From Lytechinus pictus (Eukaryota), in contig NC_087247.1 of NCBI RefSeq assembly GCF_037042905.1, positions 4,653,196 to 4,714,000 on the forward strand: a stretch of 60,805 bases of DNA, read 5' to 3'. The notes under the pieces are model-generated. The model saw only the letters and a program-made list of their open reading frames with translations, searched no databases and was not told the DNA's origin. Shown piece by piece: positions 11,840-25,160 of the stretch (its first letter is position 1; every line of letters starts with the position of its first letter). A program made the translations under genes and the position numbers.

Positions 11840-14800
11840 ATGGCAGCGCCCATGAATGATCATGCCACCAGTGCGATGCCATCAGAGACAGCAGAAAAGG
11901 ACGAAAGAACTGAATCCAGCCAATCAAATATAGACAAAAGAAGCTGGAATGAAAGGAGAAAACACTTAAATTGTATTGAAAGGGCAGATTTTGCTTGCAA
12001 ACACAGTAAGTTGTTTTATTTTTATAGTGAGCCAGTGGCAGTGCAACGCCTCCCGAAACCACAGTTCCGGGCTTCCCTCCACGCCGGCGCGGCCCCGCTG
12101 CGCTGTGCCCCACCGCTTGGCGCTCACTCATTCCACCATCGCTCACCCATTCCCTACCTCGAGCGAAGTTCGTGCAGGCTCCACTTCACTACCGCTACAC
12201 TAGGTGGAGCATAGTGTAGCGATAGTGAAGTGGAGTGGAGCCTGCATGAACTTCGCTTCAGGTAACCCATTCCCTAGACAGGAATAACCGTCGTTTCTGG
12301 GGATTTATTCAACAATTTCTGACATTTTACTGTAATCCCCATTTACCTATGTATTGGTGAGTGGAGCCAACGTAGTTCAGCGGAACAACCAAAATACAGA
12401 GACTGAAGCTTTTGGTCTACCCATTCCCCTGCTGCATTGTCATTGACATGATTGACTTTACATTAGTCTTGTCTTTTCTTGCTCTGCCTTTTGAAGGCTT
12501 TTCTCCTTTTCCTTTGGCCACAATCAATTATCATGCATTGGCACTTGAAACCGGGATTTGTGTTTGCTTACAAATTTTGTCTTGTCTTTTACTCTCATGA
12601 CATGAGAATTTGAGATGAGACATGACTGCCTAGCTAAAGTCGTTAATAATTAATAGTCATGATAGCAGAATAAAAGTAATTATAAATTGATCTATAGTTA
12701 GGCTTATTTTAGAATTATAATAATATATCTCAGCATTTCTTATGTTGTTTATATTTATTCCAGATCCTTATGTAAAATTCATGCTTGTTGCCATGGAACA
12801 AATTGGATGGTAAGTGGAAAACATTTAAACATTTTGTGGGTCAAGATTAAGAATGATAATTGTGATAATAATCTATATATTGACAGAATATGTTAAATTA
12901 CTTAATGCAGGAAACAACAGAAGGTATGATTAAGAGTAAAATGAAGATTGAATGATGCTTAAATAAATTATAATTTTAATGTGTTACATTTTCATTAAAG
13001 TATTATTGCATTTCAGTTGAGTTTTTAATTATGCTAATAAATTATGAAATGTTCAGTTCAATTCAATGCAATTTATTCATTTTTTCAGCATAAAAAAACA
13101 TTATGAATGATAAAATAAAAAAACAGAAACCTCAGAAATTTATAAAAACTTGGAGTAGCAGGTCCCAGTAAATTACAAAAAAAATACATCTTGACAGCAT
13201 TAAATCAGAATAATTATCCGAAATTGAATAAAATTGTATCTGAAACAATTGATCAATCAATGGTAGTCTCTAACACTTGCTTGCTAAATTATTGCTAGTA
13301 CTGTTACTAACTACAAGTACTGTGAAAGCCTACAAAGTACAAAAGGCATATTCTTTATCACAAATATCAGTATGCAGTGTGTAAAATAGAATGTGGTTCA
13401 ATACCATAGGACTGACTTGAGTAATCCAAGTACATTGTTTTCAGAAAAGAAAATAAAATCTTGTTCTATATTTTTTGTTGGAGCGAAGTTTTGGAATAGT
13501 TTGCCCCAGAGTATTCGAGAGAAAAGAACACGGTTTTCATTTCGTAAAAATCTGAAAAATCACTTGATTAATGAAGTTTGATGATTAATATGTGTTTGAA
13601 ATGAAAAAATAAAAATAAAAATCAGAGAAAGTTGTTTTAGTAGAGTAGATACATTGCACTTTGATCCTTTTGGGGGAACCATTCTTGACTAGCACTTGTG
13701 CTAACTTTTGGTTCTCCCTTTAACAGCTTTTCGTTTGTACAAAATCACCCATACCATTTACAATTTATGTTCATGCATACGATCAATTTTTATGGTGATT
13801 TGCTTCTTGTCAGGTGAAACTGCATCAAGACAAACCACATGATGTTACTCTTTTGTATTATGCTGATATCACATGTGGTATCATATTATGCTTTTATATA
13901 GACTATGCTTATGTTATGTTATAAATTGCATTTATATGATTCATATTAACACATTCTTGTAAATATGTTAATGTTGTTAATAAACTCAACTCATATACTT
14001 TATGCTTATTTTGATGGTTGCACAAAATGTTTCAAAGTAATATCGGTATAATGAAATCACTACATATGGAAGTAAAAGGTTTCTGTGCTATTCATCTTGT
14101 AAATCTATCATTATCACTGTCTATCCTTTTGTTTGTAAAAGATTGTTCATGGGTCATGAGTGTAAATAAACAGATAATAAAATCAGATGAGAGTCATTTT
14201 TATGAGTTTTCATCATTTGTCTTTATTTTGACATAATAAACTGGCAGGAATACCTGTATAAAATGAAAGTTAAAAAAAATAAGAAAAAAAAAATCAAAAA
14301 AATCTTTGTTTCTCTTTGTTTCAGCCCAGTGGATCTAGATACACACATAGTGTGTGAGCCGTGTGCTAGTGACAGTCCTGTCAATGGAGGCTTTGATCCC
14401 GTTAATGGTCAGGTGAATGGACTGAATAGTTTGTCATAACAAATTTCTTATGATATTATGATTCATATATTGATGTGATGTCTGATGAAATGTCTTTTGT
14501 CCTAATTAAGTAAATCAATTAAATTAAATGAAAGTTTCAGTCATTCTTTCTTGATTTATGAAGTTTTAATTTTTTTTAATAAGACATGTCTCTTACTCTC
14601 TTGATTTTGTAGAGGTAACATGGATTTTAAGCATAAAAGCAGGCTTGCATAACATATTCATTTTTTGACAATATAAAAATTCTGAAATATGGGGTGTTTC
14701 ATAAAGCTTTTCGTAGAATTACGCACAACTTTATGCCCAACTGGAACACGTTCTTAGGTCATAACTCAATTACACAGGGATATCACATAGCACAAGAAAG

Positions 14801-17378
14801 GTTCACCAGTTGTGCATAAAGTCATTCGTATCTTACGAACAGCTTTATGACACACCCACCAGGATGGCTTTGTATCCCACACCTACCTTTGATAAGTGTT
14901 ATGGTGATTCAATGGAAGTTTGAAAGATTTTTTCATGCTAAGTGTCTTTTTTGTGTGAATCTTGGGGTTCTTTCACAAAAATTTAATAAAATGTGACTAT
15001 AAATGACACTTTACTTCAGTTTTATGTGGTAAAGTATGTATTGCATTACAGCATTGGTCAGATCATGCACAGGTGACACACGCAACCGCATATCCATCAA
15101 TGGGAGGGTCCACATGCGTGTTAGTGCCTGAGCATGACTTGATGTCACACTTAAATCTTTGTGAAAAACCACCCTGGTGATGTATGTCAGGAAAGCACTG
15201 GGGGTGTTTCACAAAATAGAGTTAAGAATGACTTTAGAGTGGCACTTAAATATCCAGTTGCATGCAGAATAAAAGGCATCACCGCATGGGTCAAATCATG
15301 CCAAGAGGACGCATGCTACTTGTGTATTAACACAGAGCATGACTTTAAGTCATACATAACTCTCTGTGAACCCCCTCGTCTGGGGGCCGTTTCATAAAGC
15401 TGATCGTAAGTTAAGAGCGACTTTAAGAACGACTGGTGATCCTTTCCTACGTGCTAAATAATCACCAATGAACATTTAATGGCAAATACCATTTACCACG
15501 AGAAAGAATCACCAGTCGTTCTTAAAGTCGCTCTTAACTTACGAACAGCTTTATGAAACGGCCCCCGGTTCTCTTAAATTAAAAACACACTATGCACAAG
15601 TGCCCTTTGGAAGGGTATCTATTCTCATTATTAGGTCCCTCATGGACAATGAAATCTACCAGTCTATATTTGTCAGAAATCAAGTTAAACTCAATCCCTC
15701 ATAAAATCAATCTTTATTATATTTTGCAGATTGTTTTATGTGAAAACAAGAGCCCTTCCCAAAGAATATTGAGTACGCTTCTCACCCACGAGCTGATACA
15801 TGCGTACGATCACTGTAGAGCCAAAGTGGACTGGACGGATATAAGACATGTTGCTTGTTCAGAGGTAAAAAACATACTCCAGTAATTTTCAGTAGAGATT
15901 AGAACTGTAGTAAAACAATGTTAACTATATTACAACTTAACTGATTATGATAACCATGATAATATTGATAATTTTTAGGTTAAAAGTAAAAGTGGTGGAA
16001 CCAGGATGTTGATGGCATAAAAAGAGCGTTTTTTATTAAATGGAGGAGATGCAGACGACTGTTTTTTTAGACTTAATTTGATATGTATGTTTTAAATCTC
16101 AAAATATAGAGGGGGCATGCGCATCCTTTGCGCCTGCTATTGGGTGCACCACTGATGGTAATATATTTGCGTACAGCTCATGGCAACTCATCATTGCACT
16201 TCAGAAGCAACAGACTCTAGATACTAATTCCATCATTAGCTCCAGACTGCCTTTGGTATCAACAAAGACAAAAATATCTTGAGTTTCATCATGAGAAAAA
16301 TGTCAAGAATGTAGCTTTTCCCATTCTCTGCATTTTCGAGAAATGTTGTTATTTTGACTTTAAGACAAATGAATTTGGGAAAAATTTCCAAATTCATTGA
16401 GTTTATACATTGCCATCTGCACATCTTTTGAAAAATGAAAATTTGAAAGAAGATTTTACTAGTAATTAGTACTTACATGTGACTTCTTTATTTCTATTTA
16501 AATGTTTTGATTTTTATATGCGATGTTATTTCATTTTTATTTGTATTTGTTTATAGATAAGAGCTTCCAGTTTGAGTGGTGATTGTTCTTTCTTGAGTGA
16601 TAGTCTTTACAGCTGGAACTTCAGATTTAAGAATCATCATCAGGTACATTGTAGTAGACACCAGAGAGTTGTTTCACTGAAAGGGTTAAAGGGAAAGTTC
16701 ACCCAATTTGGTGTGGATAAAATTGGATAAAAGCAGAAAGAAAAGTAAGAGAAACATGTTAATGAAGATTAGTGAAGAAGCACATATATGTGCAAGTTGT
16801 CTAAAATTATTTATCAAATGATGCTGAAATTATGGTATCTGCAATTTTTTTTTCATAGGGATCTATTCAACTATGCCCATTCTTAGGTGGCAACAGGCAT
16901 CTTTAATGTTAAATTTTGCCTGTTACCAACGGACCTAATTTGTTGTTTTGGAGTCGTGGTTTAAGACATGACCCCACTTTTAGACCAATCAGACAAGTGG
17001 ATAATTCAGTATTCTGAAAGAGAGGTGTAAACATGGTTACTAATTTTATGTTGATAATATTGTGCAGCACTTTTAAATCTTTCTTTAAAAGCAAGATGTA
17101 AGTATGATGTTTATTATTGTCATTTGGAGTATAATTACTGTTATCATTTTGTTTTATCTATGTTGTAGACTTGTGTGAAGAGAAGAGCTATTGGTTCCAT
17201 ATTGGCGGTCAGGGACGTTTCTCGAGAGGTTGCAGAGAAAGCCGTCGATGATGTCTGGGAGACATGCTTCAAAGACTATGCACCTTTCACCTGTATACCA
17301 AGGAGACCAGCTGACCTGAAATCAGCATCACATGATCAATCACATGACCAGAAAACTGCTTTTCCACCAAAAAGATAA
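11840..17378 (+). CDS. ATP23: Mitochondrial inner membrane protease ATP23 homolog (peptidase M76), ~243 aa, 6 exons
   Basis: Exons 11840-12005, 12764-12809, 14325-14412, 15730-15864, 16557-16643, 17169-17378, phase-consistent GT-AG. Motifs NPYVKFML..GC, CEPC...GGFDP, IVLCEN, THELIHAYDHCR (HExxH), HVACSEIRASSLSGDC, HHQTCVKRRA, CFKDYAPF. Confidence 0.95.
12155..12264. mobile_element. 110-bp fully palindromic mini-transposon with 10-bp TSD (AcademH-like)
   Basis: TACC...GGTA near-perfect ~50 bp stem, flanked by ACCCATTCCC at 12145-12154 and 12265-12274. Confidence 0.75.
12275..12419. mobile_element. 145-bp TAGAC...GTCTA mini-transposon with 9-bp TSD (AcademH-like), copy 1
   Basis: TSD CCCATTCCC at 12266-12274 and 12420-12428; a near-identical copy at 41525-41673 has a different 9-bp TSD. 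Confidence 0.85.
13393..13760 (+). mobile_element. 3' remnant of CR1/L2-type LINE
   Basis: Translation FVGAKFWNSLPQSIREKRTRFSFRKNLKNHLI is typical of the ORF2 C-terminus; followed by a 3' UTR-like stem (ggggaacca...tggttctccc). Confidence 0.65.
14691..15565. mobile_element. Cluster of palindromic GGGG(T/C)(G/C)TTTCA-type MITEs (Harbinger-like)
   Basis: Clearest copy 15383-15565 (GGGGCCGTTTCATAAAGCTG...CAGCTTTATGAAACGGCCCC, flanks CTG/CGG); related copies at ~14691-14860 and ~15200-15376. Confidence 0.7.
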
Positions 17379-18859
17379 CACATGGTTAGACAACCTATTT
17401 GAACTGAAATGGTTTTGCAGATGGATGTGCTTGTGGTATGTGTTGTATCACACAAGGATAATAAAATAATGATTGACAATCTGAAGAAAGATTGAACATT
17501 TATCATTACTGATTTCTTGAAGAAATTTATGGTGCCATAAGACTCAAGCAGATGCTGCTGAGAAATGTATTAGAATGCATGAATTCAATATGAACAGGTT
17601 CTTGTAGTCCTTATATTTCACTTCTATTTTTATTTACTGATGTTCACACTGCTTTCTTTAGGTATTCAAAACGCAATAGTTGGAACGACCCTATTCTTAT
17701 ATTCCTGCTCTTTTGTACTGACAAAATACAAAGTTTGCATGTTAATTTTATATGATGATTTACACTTCCTCAATTTTTTTATCCTCTTCTGTATGCAAAT
17801 ACTTCCCAATGACATGAATAGATGACTTGTGAATATTTGGCATGAATGATATCATGAATTAACTTGGCTGTGGAAATATTGGAATTTACTCTCTGTGATA
17901 AAAAAATGACTGAATAATATCAATTTCCACCAGAGATAATTTAGATCATTTGAATTCATGTACATAACAGGGTATGCTTTATGGTATTCATTAGTAAGTT
18001 ACTTCAGCACAATGACAATGAGACACAGGTGCCCCATATTCAACAATATGGTTTGATTATGGTCTAAATCAGTAGTCTTACTATGGAATGATAGATGTGG
18101 CACAAATCATTAACTTTAGATGTTCACTTCATCAGATCATTTGGCATTGTAACCACTCAAAGCCGTAAACGACAACTAGATTTGTTACATATTTGCTTAA
18201 TACAATGTTTATTTGCTTTCGTCTTATGCATTGTAAAGTGCTCAGAAAACCACTCCAGGTTTTGTGCTTTTAAAATTATTCTTAAGTTATATCAGAGTAC
18301 AAATCACGGGCCAATATGAACTTGATGACTGGTTTTGTTTTTGTTCATGCAATTTGACAAGTCTTGATTTTATTTTCTCTTGCCTTATTAATCTCTTTAA
18401 TGAGTAAAAGTGAAGAGAGAAAAGATTATATTAGCTGCATTTTATTTCCTACAATCAAAAGGGGCAATTTTTTGCAATTGTGTGCAATTTGTGAGCATGA
18501 TTCTTATGTTTTTGTATTCATTTACAGCACACACAGGAGCTAAAAACCGGAGATAGAGATATAGCGTCTTCTTTACAAGACACTTACTTATGCAGTTTCT
18601 CATTATCCAGAGTAAGAAAGAAAAAATATGCTGACTTAATTGATACCATTTTCCAGTGCAGTATGTATTACACGCTCTAAATTGGCAGTGGAAATAAAAT
18701 CTGTTTAAAAATGCAAATTGCCAACAAATATTCTAAATGTTGCTGATATCATTCATTTTGACTCATGTTATATCCATATATTTAATTCTTTGGAAAGTAT
18801 GAAAATTGCTGCCAATTTGAGGATCAAATGAGATTATTGTTGACTTCATGGAAGTTTCA

Positions 18860-19177
18860 AGGCCCGTTCTCTGAACTTGGATTTGAATTAAACCCTAGTT
18901 TAAAGTTGTGGTTTAATTATGGAGAGCCAATTGGGGCACAAATCCCTAACAGTACACATTCAGTGTCTTAACTTATATGAAACTCAAATTCTTCATAATT
19001 GTCTGGGAATGATAACTGAACTATTTTGAATAAGTTTTCTTCATTATGAAAGCAACAGGAAACAAAATAGTAAACATAAGAAATATACAATATAGACAGA
19101 ATTTTTGGTTCCCCATGATTTTAGCACAGAGTTAAACTGTGGTCCAAGTTAAACCTAACTTCCGAATACAGGCCCAG
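18860..19177. mobile_element. Degenerate Harbinger-like MITE
   Basis: GGCCCGTTCTCTGAA...TTCCGAATACAGGCCC imperfect inverted termini. Confidence 0.5.
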
Positions 19178-19530
19178 GAGTTCAATTGTGTAAAAAAAAC
19201 AGCAGTCGCCATGAAATATTGATCTTGGGTACAATATTTCCATCAGAATTCCACTCAGTATTCATGCTCTCTAATATTTTCAAATACTTCTGTTTATGTC
19301 TTCCTATGGAACTATTGCTGCAAGAGTTATTAAAAAATGCTGCTAAATTTATCAAAATAAATTTGAATTCAGTGAAATAAACCAACTGCTTGGTCTGTAC
19401 GGCACAACTTGAATAATAAATTTGATTTTGAAAATCAGAAGATGGTGAAGATTACATTTATACATTTAATGATTATGTAAGAAATACATAGGGGGGCTAA
19501 TATCAATAATATGAAATAAGAGTACATTAA

Positions 19531-20085
19531 AGGGGAATGAAACCTTTCGAACAAGTGGACAAACTTTGAAAAAAATCCGACAAATAATGAGAAAGTTATG
19601 AGCATTTGAATATTGCGATCACTAATGCTATGGAGATCCTCTCATTGGCAATGCGATAAAGATGTGTGATCTCACATGTGAACAACTTTCCCTGTGTGGG
19701 ACTATAAACTACCCCTAAAATGTCCCTTTTTTTGCTCATTCTTATGATGATACAAACTCTTTATCCATAATGTATTCTTTAAAAATAAAAAATCTGTAAT
19801 ACATGCCCTCCTATAGAAAGAATACATGATCTACTGATAGATGTGATAAAAGAGGCATTTTAAGTGAAATATATAGAAAAGTAATGGGAAAGTTGTTCAC
19901 ATGTGACATCACACATCTTTGTCGCATTGCCAACTGAACGATCTACATTGTAATAATGATCTAAACTTCAAATGCTCATAACTTCTTTATTCTTTATTCA
20001 ATTTTTCTCAAACTTTTGTTGATCTGTTTCTTTGATTTTTCTGTTTTAACACGGGCTCTCTTGTTTCAAAGGTTTCATTTTCCCT
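19531..20085. mobile_element. Long-TIR MITE with TTAA TSD (Kolobok-like)
   Basis: TTAA-AGGGGAATGAAACCTTT...AAAGGTTTCATTTTCCCT-TTAA; internal inverted arms (cacatgtgaacaactttccc / gggaaagttgttcacatgtg). Confidence 0.8.
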
Positions 20086-22574
20086 TTAACATAGCCCCTC
20101 CACCTTCTCTTCCAAATTCCACTCTCTCCTTTCCCTGATATATTTTTTTAGACGTCTAAAACTTGACATTTTTTTACGTAAAGGATAAAAAAAAATTCAG
20201 TGATGATCAAAAATATGAAATTAGTGACCATCAAACTGGTATCGTGTGAGAGTGCAACCCGTTAGCGTTCAAAGACATCTTGATTGGATTTCTACGACCA
20301 TGCAGCACAATGGACATCTAAGATTTCTATATATGAATTTTTTTTGCAATAGTGTAAAATGGATGGTCCTAGATCTTTGTACAATTTTTCATAAAATTAG
20401 CGAAGTATGATGGTCACTAATATCACTTTTTGTTTTCATTTCAAGTGAATAAATATGTTGTTGTAAGAAAAAAAATCCAGTGTACAATCAATAAATATAT
20501 TTCTTACTAAAATGAAACAATACTCAATATCCAACTCTAGGTAATAACATGGCAATATTTTTTCTGTAAAAAAACTAATTTATTCATGTATCATTCAAAA
20601 CAAACAAAATATCTGCATATTGTATGTGGTTACATTCTTTTGAAATAGCATACAAATATGACAATTTACGATCTTACATACAAATGAAGAATATATATCT
20701 AGTTAGTACACAGTCGGGTCACATACACATACATTTCACAAAAATAATATTATAAAGTACTCAAAATCTCTATATGATATCAGACCAAATTGGCTATATG
20801 GAGGCAGAATGCTGCGTTGACATAAACCTAAAATTAATAGTATATTGCATCCAAGAAAAAAAAATTCAGTGACAGATATCATAATCATCAAATATATTTA
20901 GTTTTCAGTTTTGAAAGTTTAGGAATTTGAAACTTTTTTTAATTTGAGATCTCTTGCCCAAGCTTAAAAAAATGTGAATCTTGGTTTCGTTTTTTTATTG
21001 AGACACACTGTATATCTTCTGTATGAGCTGTCAAAGGGATTACTACATCAAGTAAGTAAGTATCTAAAATCTTCTCAGATGAATAAAACCACAATTTTCA
21101 TCCTCATTTGAACATTATTCAAATACAAGTTAACATAGAAAAATGTTACCAATAGAGATTCTTCTTAAAGAGCAAAGGGGGGGGGGGGGATTTTGTTATG
21201 CCAATCTAGGATTCTATCAATATTTACATTTACATTTAGTTGTGATTAAAGGGATAAATACAGTTATGACCCAAACTAAGCTTGAAAATACTCATCGACT
21301 CAATATCTTCATTGATTGGCAAAGACTCACAACTATTGATATTGAAACAAAGGCAGAGTGAAAGGAGCAATATTCCATTAAGTATTACATCTTACCCCGT
21401 ATCTGTAGAAGTTCCCTAAAATGAATTTTCTTATTCCTAATTCAAATAAAAGGCCGTAATGCTTTCAAATTATCATGGCTTGAGCATTTTGTGGAGCGAA
21501 GAATGAAGAAAAAATAGGGGTCAGACAAACAAAATTTTGATTATTCTATGAAATTGCCCAAAGAATTAAGCATATTGTAGATAACTACATGTATAGCTTA
21601 AGCAAACATAATGATAGGTTACGCATATACTATTGCACTGATAATGTACTTCCTATATGAAAGCAAAATGCATAAAAATGAAAAAAAAAAATTAATCACA
21701 TAATTCTTTGCTTATATTTCTACAGTATAGTTTCTAATCACTTGTAAGTGTGATTTGTCCACTTTCAAAATATCTGATGAAGGTAATTCTGTGTATAACT
21801 ATAACATGTATACAGTGAAATGGATGGACTACAGAAGTAGCATATTGCTGCAGCAATTTAACCTCAGATAATGCTTATAGGATCATGCTAAACCATGGCT
21901 ACCACATTAAACAATCATTCCAACAGGATTAAATTTCCTTGAACATGACATACTGGTTTCTTTTGTTAAGATTGAGAGAGAGAGGAAGAGAGATGTCGGA
22001 TTTGGACAGGAAATCACTTAAGTCTATTTTGGCTTTTTGGTAAATCCCCCAGAAAAGCAAGTCACTATTCCAATTTAGTACTAGATTATGTTAGTGTGTA
22101 TGATGAAGAGAATTGTCACATGAAATTGTGTTGTACTCAGTAAATTTTCCATATAACATTGAAATTATATAAAATATCCAGGTTTTTTTTTTCATTTTGA
22201 TTTACAAAACCACTTCTCAAGCATGACCTTGGCTGTAAATTTCGGCATGTAATCTTTGTCCGATAACCAACCATCAAATTTGTAAGATAGTGCGAAAAGA
22301 GCTGGTTATTTCATTTCAAAATAAATATATGGACTGTGATGAGAGGCATGGTTGTTTCTATAGGCTCAAATGACCTCGGGCATGATCAGGCCAATATGCT
22401 ACCCTTGACCAGAAAGGAACAACCATGTTTTATGTGCAAGTTGTGTAAAATCATCAATCAAATTGCTCTGAAATTATGGTAACAGCAATCATCCCACAAA
22501 GCAAATTTTTGCATATTTACCAGTAACTATGCCAGGAATTTTTCTTGTTAACAATGCCTGTTGTCCTTGGTAAC

Positions 22575-23041
22575 CAGTGCGGCCAAGTTGTATTTTGCAT
22601 TTTCAGTATTCTTATCCCCCAAAATCAGTATTTTGACCAAAAAATAAGTATTTTTACCGTGTGAGATAAATATTTTGTACTTTTCCCCAAAAAAGTGTAT
22701 TTCATAATAAAATGCTTGGCGCACTCGCCCATCACGGCACTCAAGCTGCATGCAAGCTAAAATGTGCACTGCTCTTGCAGATGAAAAAAAAAACCATTGA
22801 AACTTGTGTATATCTCACCCTGGTTTTTACAAAATGATTGAAAAAAAAACAAGTTACCTGAAATTACATTGATCTAATAACCATATTTGTGTACGTTTTA
22901 TAAAATAGAGACATATAGAGATGATTTTTTTTTTTTTTTTTTAAATACAAAAAACGTATTTTTTAAAGAAAAAACGAACTGCCGTATTTTGGTTGCAAAA
23001 ACGTACTAAATACGGAAAAATCGTACTACTTGGCAGCTCTG
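22575..23041. mobile_element. Non-autonomous TIR element with 6-bp TSD
   Basis: GGTAAC(22569-22574)-CAGTGCGGCCAAGT...ACTTGGCAGCTCTG-GGTAAC(23042-23047). Confidence 0.8.
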
Positions 23042-23653
23042 GGTAACGACCCCCAGTTTGTTGCTTTGCGGGAATGGTTACATACATGACTCCACTAGTG
23101 ACCAATAAGGTGACTGGAGATAATTAGACATTCTTTAAGACAGGTATATAATTCATATTATTGACCCCTTACCAAAGCTTAAGATGGGCTTTAATTGATA
23201 AGCCAAGATAGGAACAAAAAAGTGATTTTCCAATACTTTGAGATGCTGTAAAAGGTCCCTTGCTGATGGAGTCGCAAATTATTTCATTTTTAACCTTGCT
23301 GATGAAATACAACAAAGAAGGAAGAACTAGAACACAGTAAACATACAAAATATTTATCAATAAAATTATACTTTAATACAGGTGTATATGATCCTGAGTG
23401 TGTAAAATACAGACGAGATAAGACTTGATAATTAGAACAATAACTCTTATTTCTCAGGGTCGCGTCTTCAATTGTTAGCTGTTCTTCCAACAGGCCCTGT
23501 ACAACATCATGTCATTTGTATCCCTCTCTGTTTTAACACACTTAGCACCTAGCAGGAAGGCAGAAGGTCCCTTTCTTACAAATCTTTGGTATATATCTTG
23601 GCCATAGATTGAACCCACAACCTTCCATTCACAACCACTGGGCCGCATACCTG

Positions 23654-23781
23654 GGGCCCGTAATACAAAGGTTAGCGATTGATCGTAGAACAATTTTCTA
23701 TGATTGATTCCATTGACTACAATGTACAATCAATCGTGAAAATCAAGCTAACGATCAATCGCTAACCTTTGTTACGGGACC
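23654..23781. mobile_element. Palindromic Harbinger-like MITE
   Basis: GGGCCCGTAATACAAAGGTTAGCGATTGATCG...CGATCAATCGCTAACCTTTGTTACGGGACC flanked by CTG/CAG. Confidence 0.75.
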
Positions 23782-23882
23782 CAGATTACTGATTTAAATT
23801 GAAATCTACACCACTGCATTACTAGTAGTTGAATCGACCTAAATTCAAATCAAGCAAACAATGGTCAGAGTCTCGTTTTGAA

Positions 23883-24075
23883 GAGGCGCGATAGCTCAGT
23901 CGGGAGAGCAGGGGTTTTGGATTCCAGTAACCTGGGTTCGATTACCACTTGGTGCGCTAGTGCCCTTTGGTAAGGCATTTATCCTCATTACCAGGTTCCT
24001 CAGAGAGGACCTTAAGCCGTCAGTCCTCTGAATACTTGCTTACAAGCATTTGTTTACATGCTTACAAGCATTCAT
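23883..24075 (+). mobile_element. tRNA-derived SINE
   Basis: A box TAGCTCAGTCGG and B box GGTTCGATTACC followed by a non-tRNA body; related copies at ~53565-53650 (+, partial) and ~55840-56003 (-). Confidence 0.8.
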
Positions 24076-24382
24076 GCTTTCTCTATCATGTTAAAACATC
24101 ACCACCATTTACTGTAAAGAATTGTTAAAATAACAAATTTATTATCAGCCAATCAGATTGAAGGATTTCAGTAGCTTTTAAACTGTTATTGCGAATTTGT
24201 TATTACAACAAGTCCTATGAAACAGGCCCCAGGTATGGCGTGCCTATGGTACAATCTTTGTAGAATAGATTTTACGTCTCAGTATGCATGTCAAGAGCTC
24301 AGGAGGATACACGAATGGGGGCCCGTTACAAACAACTCAAACAGTAACTCCCACAGAATCCTTGGTTTTGATTGGAGCATTG

Positions 24383-24560
24383 TGCTGCACTCAACCCAGT
24401 TGAGGTGAATATGTACCCGGCAGGAATAATTCCTTGAATGCATGAGCACTGAAAGGCAGCTCGAGCTAAAGCCAGGGTAATAATAATAATAACAACATGC
24501 CTCGGAATAGAATATTTCTAGATAGATGGCGCTATATAAATGCATATTATTATTATTATC
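24383..24560 (+). mobile_element. SINE/LINE 3' tail fragment ending in (TAT)n
   Basis: gcactcaacccag...gcgctatataaatgcatattattattattat; similar tails at ~33430-33650 and ~59010-59200. Confidence 0.55.
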
Positions 24561-24619
24561 AATGGCAAATTAGAATTGCTACTATGGTAGTTACCACTGA
24601 TGGTGAAAATACAAAAATA

Positions 24620-25160
24620 ATAACTTTTATATCGTACATAGATTGAATCCTGTATAGTGATTGGTTCAAATAGCATCACGTGACCATCTATATTTCTACT
24701 ATGATGTTGCGTGACGTCAGACCTCGATATATTTTTCGCTATACCAATATTCTGACGTCATTATTTCAGAAAACTGGATATTTAGCTAAACTCTCGGGCG
24801 CACCGGCCAGCTCTCTCTCTCTCCCGGGCAAGTCCCGTGATGCGTCGGCGCAGGCACTAATCTGCGTTTGGCTGAGCGCTGTGGCTCAGAGAAAAGTAGG
24901 TAATTCAACGCAAGTAACCGGACTTTGCAAGCTCAACGCATAGATTTTGGTTGTAAATTATTAAAAGTAGGATATAAAACAAATATACCAGGCGTTTCAT
25001 TCGAAAGCATAGTGGGAATTATTAATCCTCGGTTGGACTGGCAAAACTACTATATTTCCCTCGGGGCTTCGCCCCTCCAGAAAAATAGTAATTGCCAGAT
25101 CAACCTCGGATAAATAATTCCACTATACTTTCTCAAAGCCTGATATATTTGTTTATTATG
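24620..25160. mobile_element. Putative non-autonomous element (Crypton-like appearance)
   Basis: tgattgg...cacgtgacc near one end, a CpG-rich core, and a hairpin ggggcttcgcccc near the other end. Family assignment is by resemblance only. Confidence 0.35.

Noticed and set aside
11795-12214. 139-aa single-exon ORF
   Set aside because: Only 11840-12005 is ATP23 exon 1; the remainder reads into the intron and the transposon hairpin.
12145-12428. True CRISPR array
   Set aside because: The repeats are only 9-10 bp and behave as target-site duplications of mobile elements.
23883-23955. tRNA gene
   Set aside because: A and B boxes are present but the cloverleaf is imperfect, and the sequence continues into a SINE body found elsewhere in the window.
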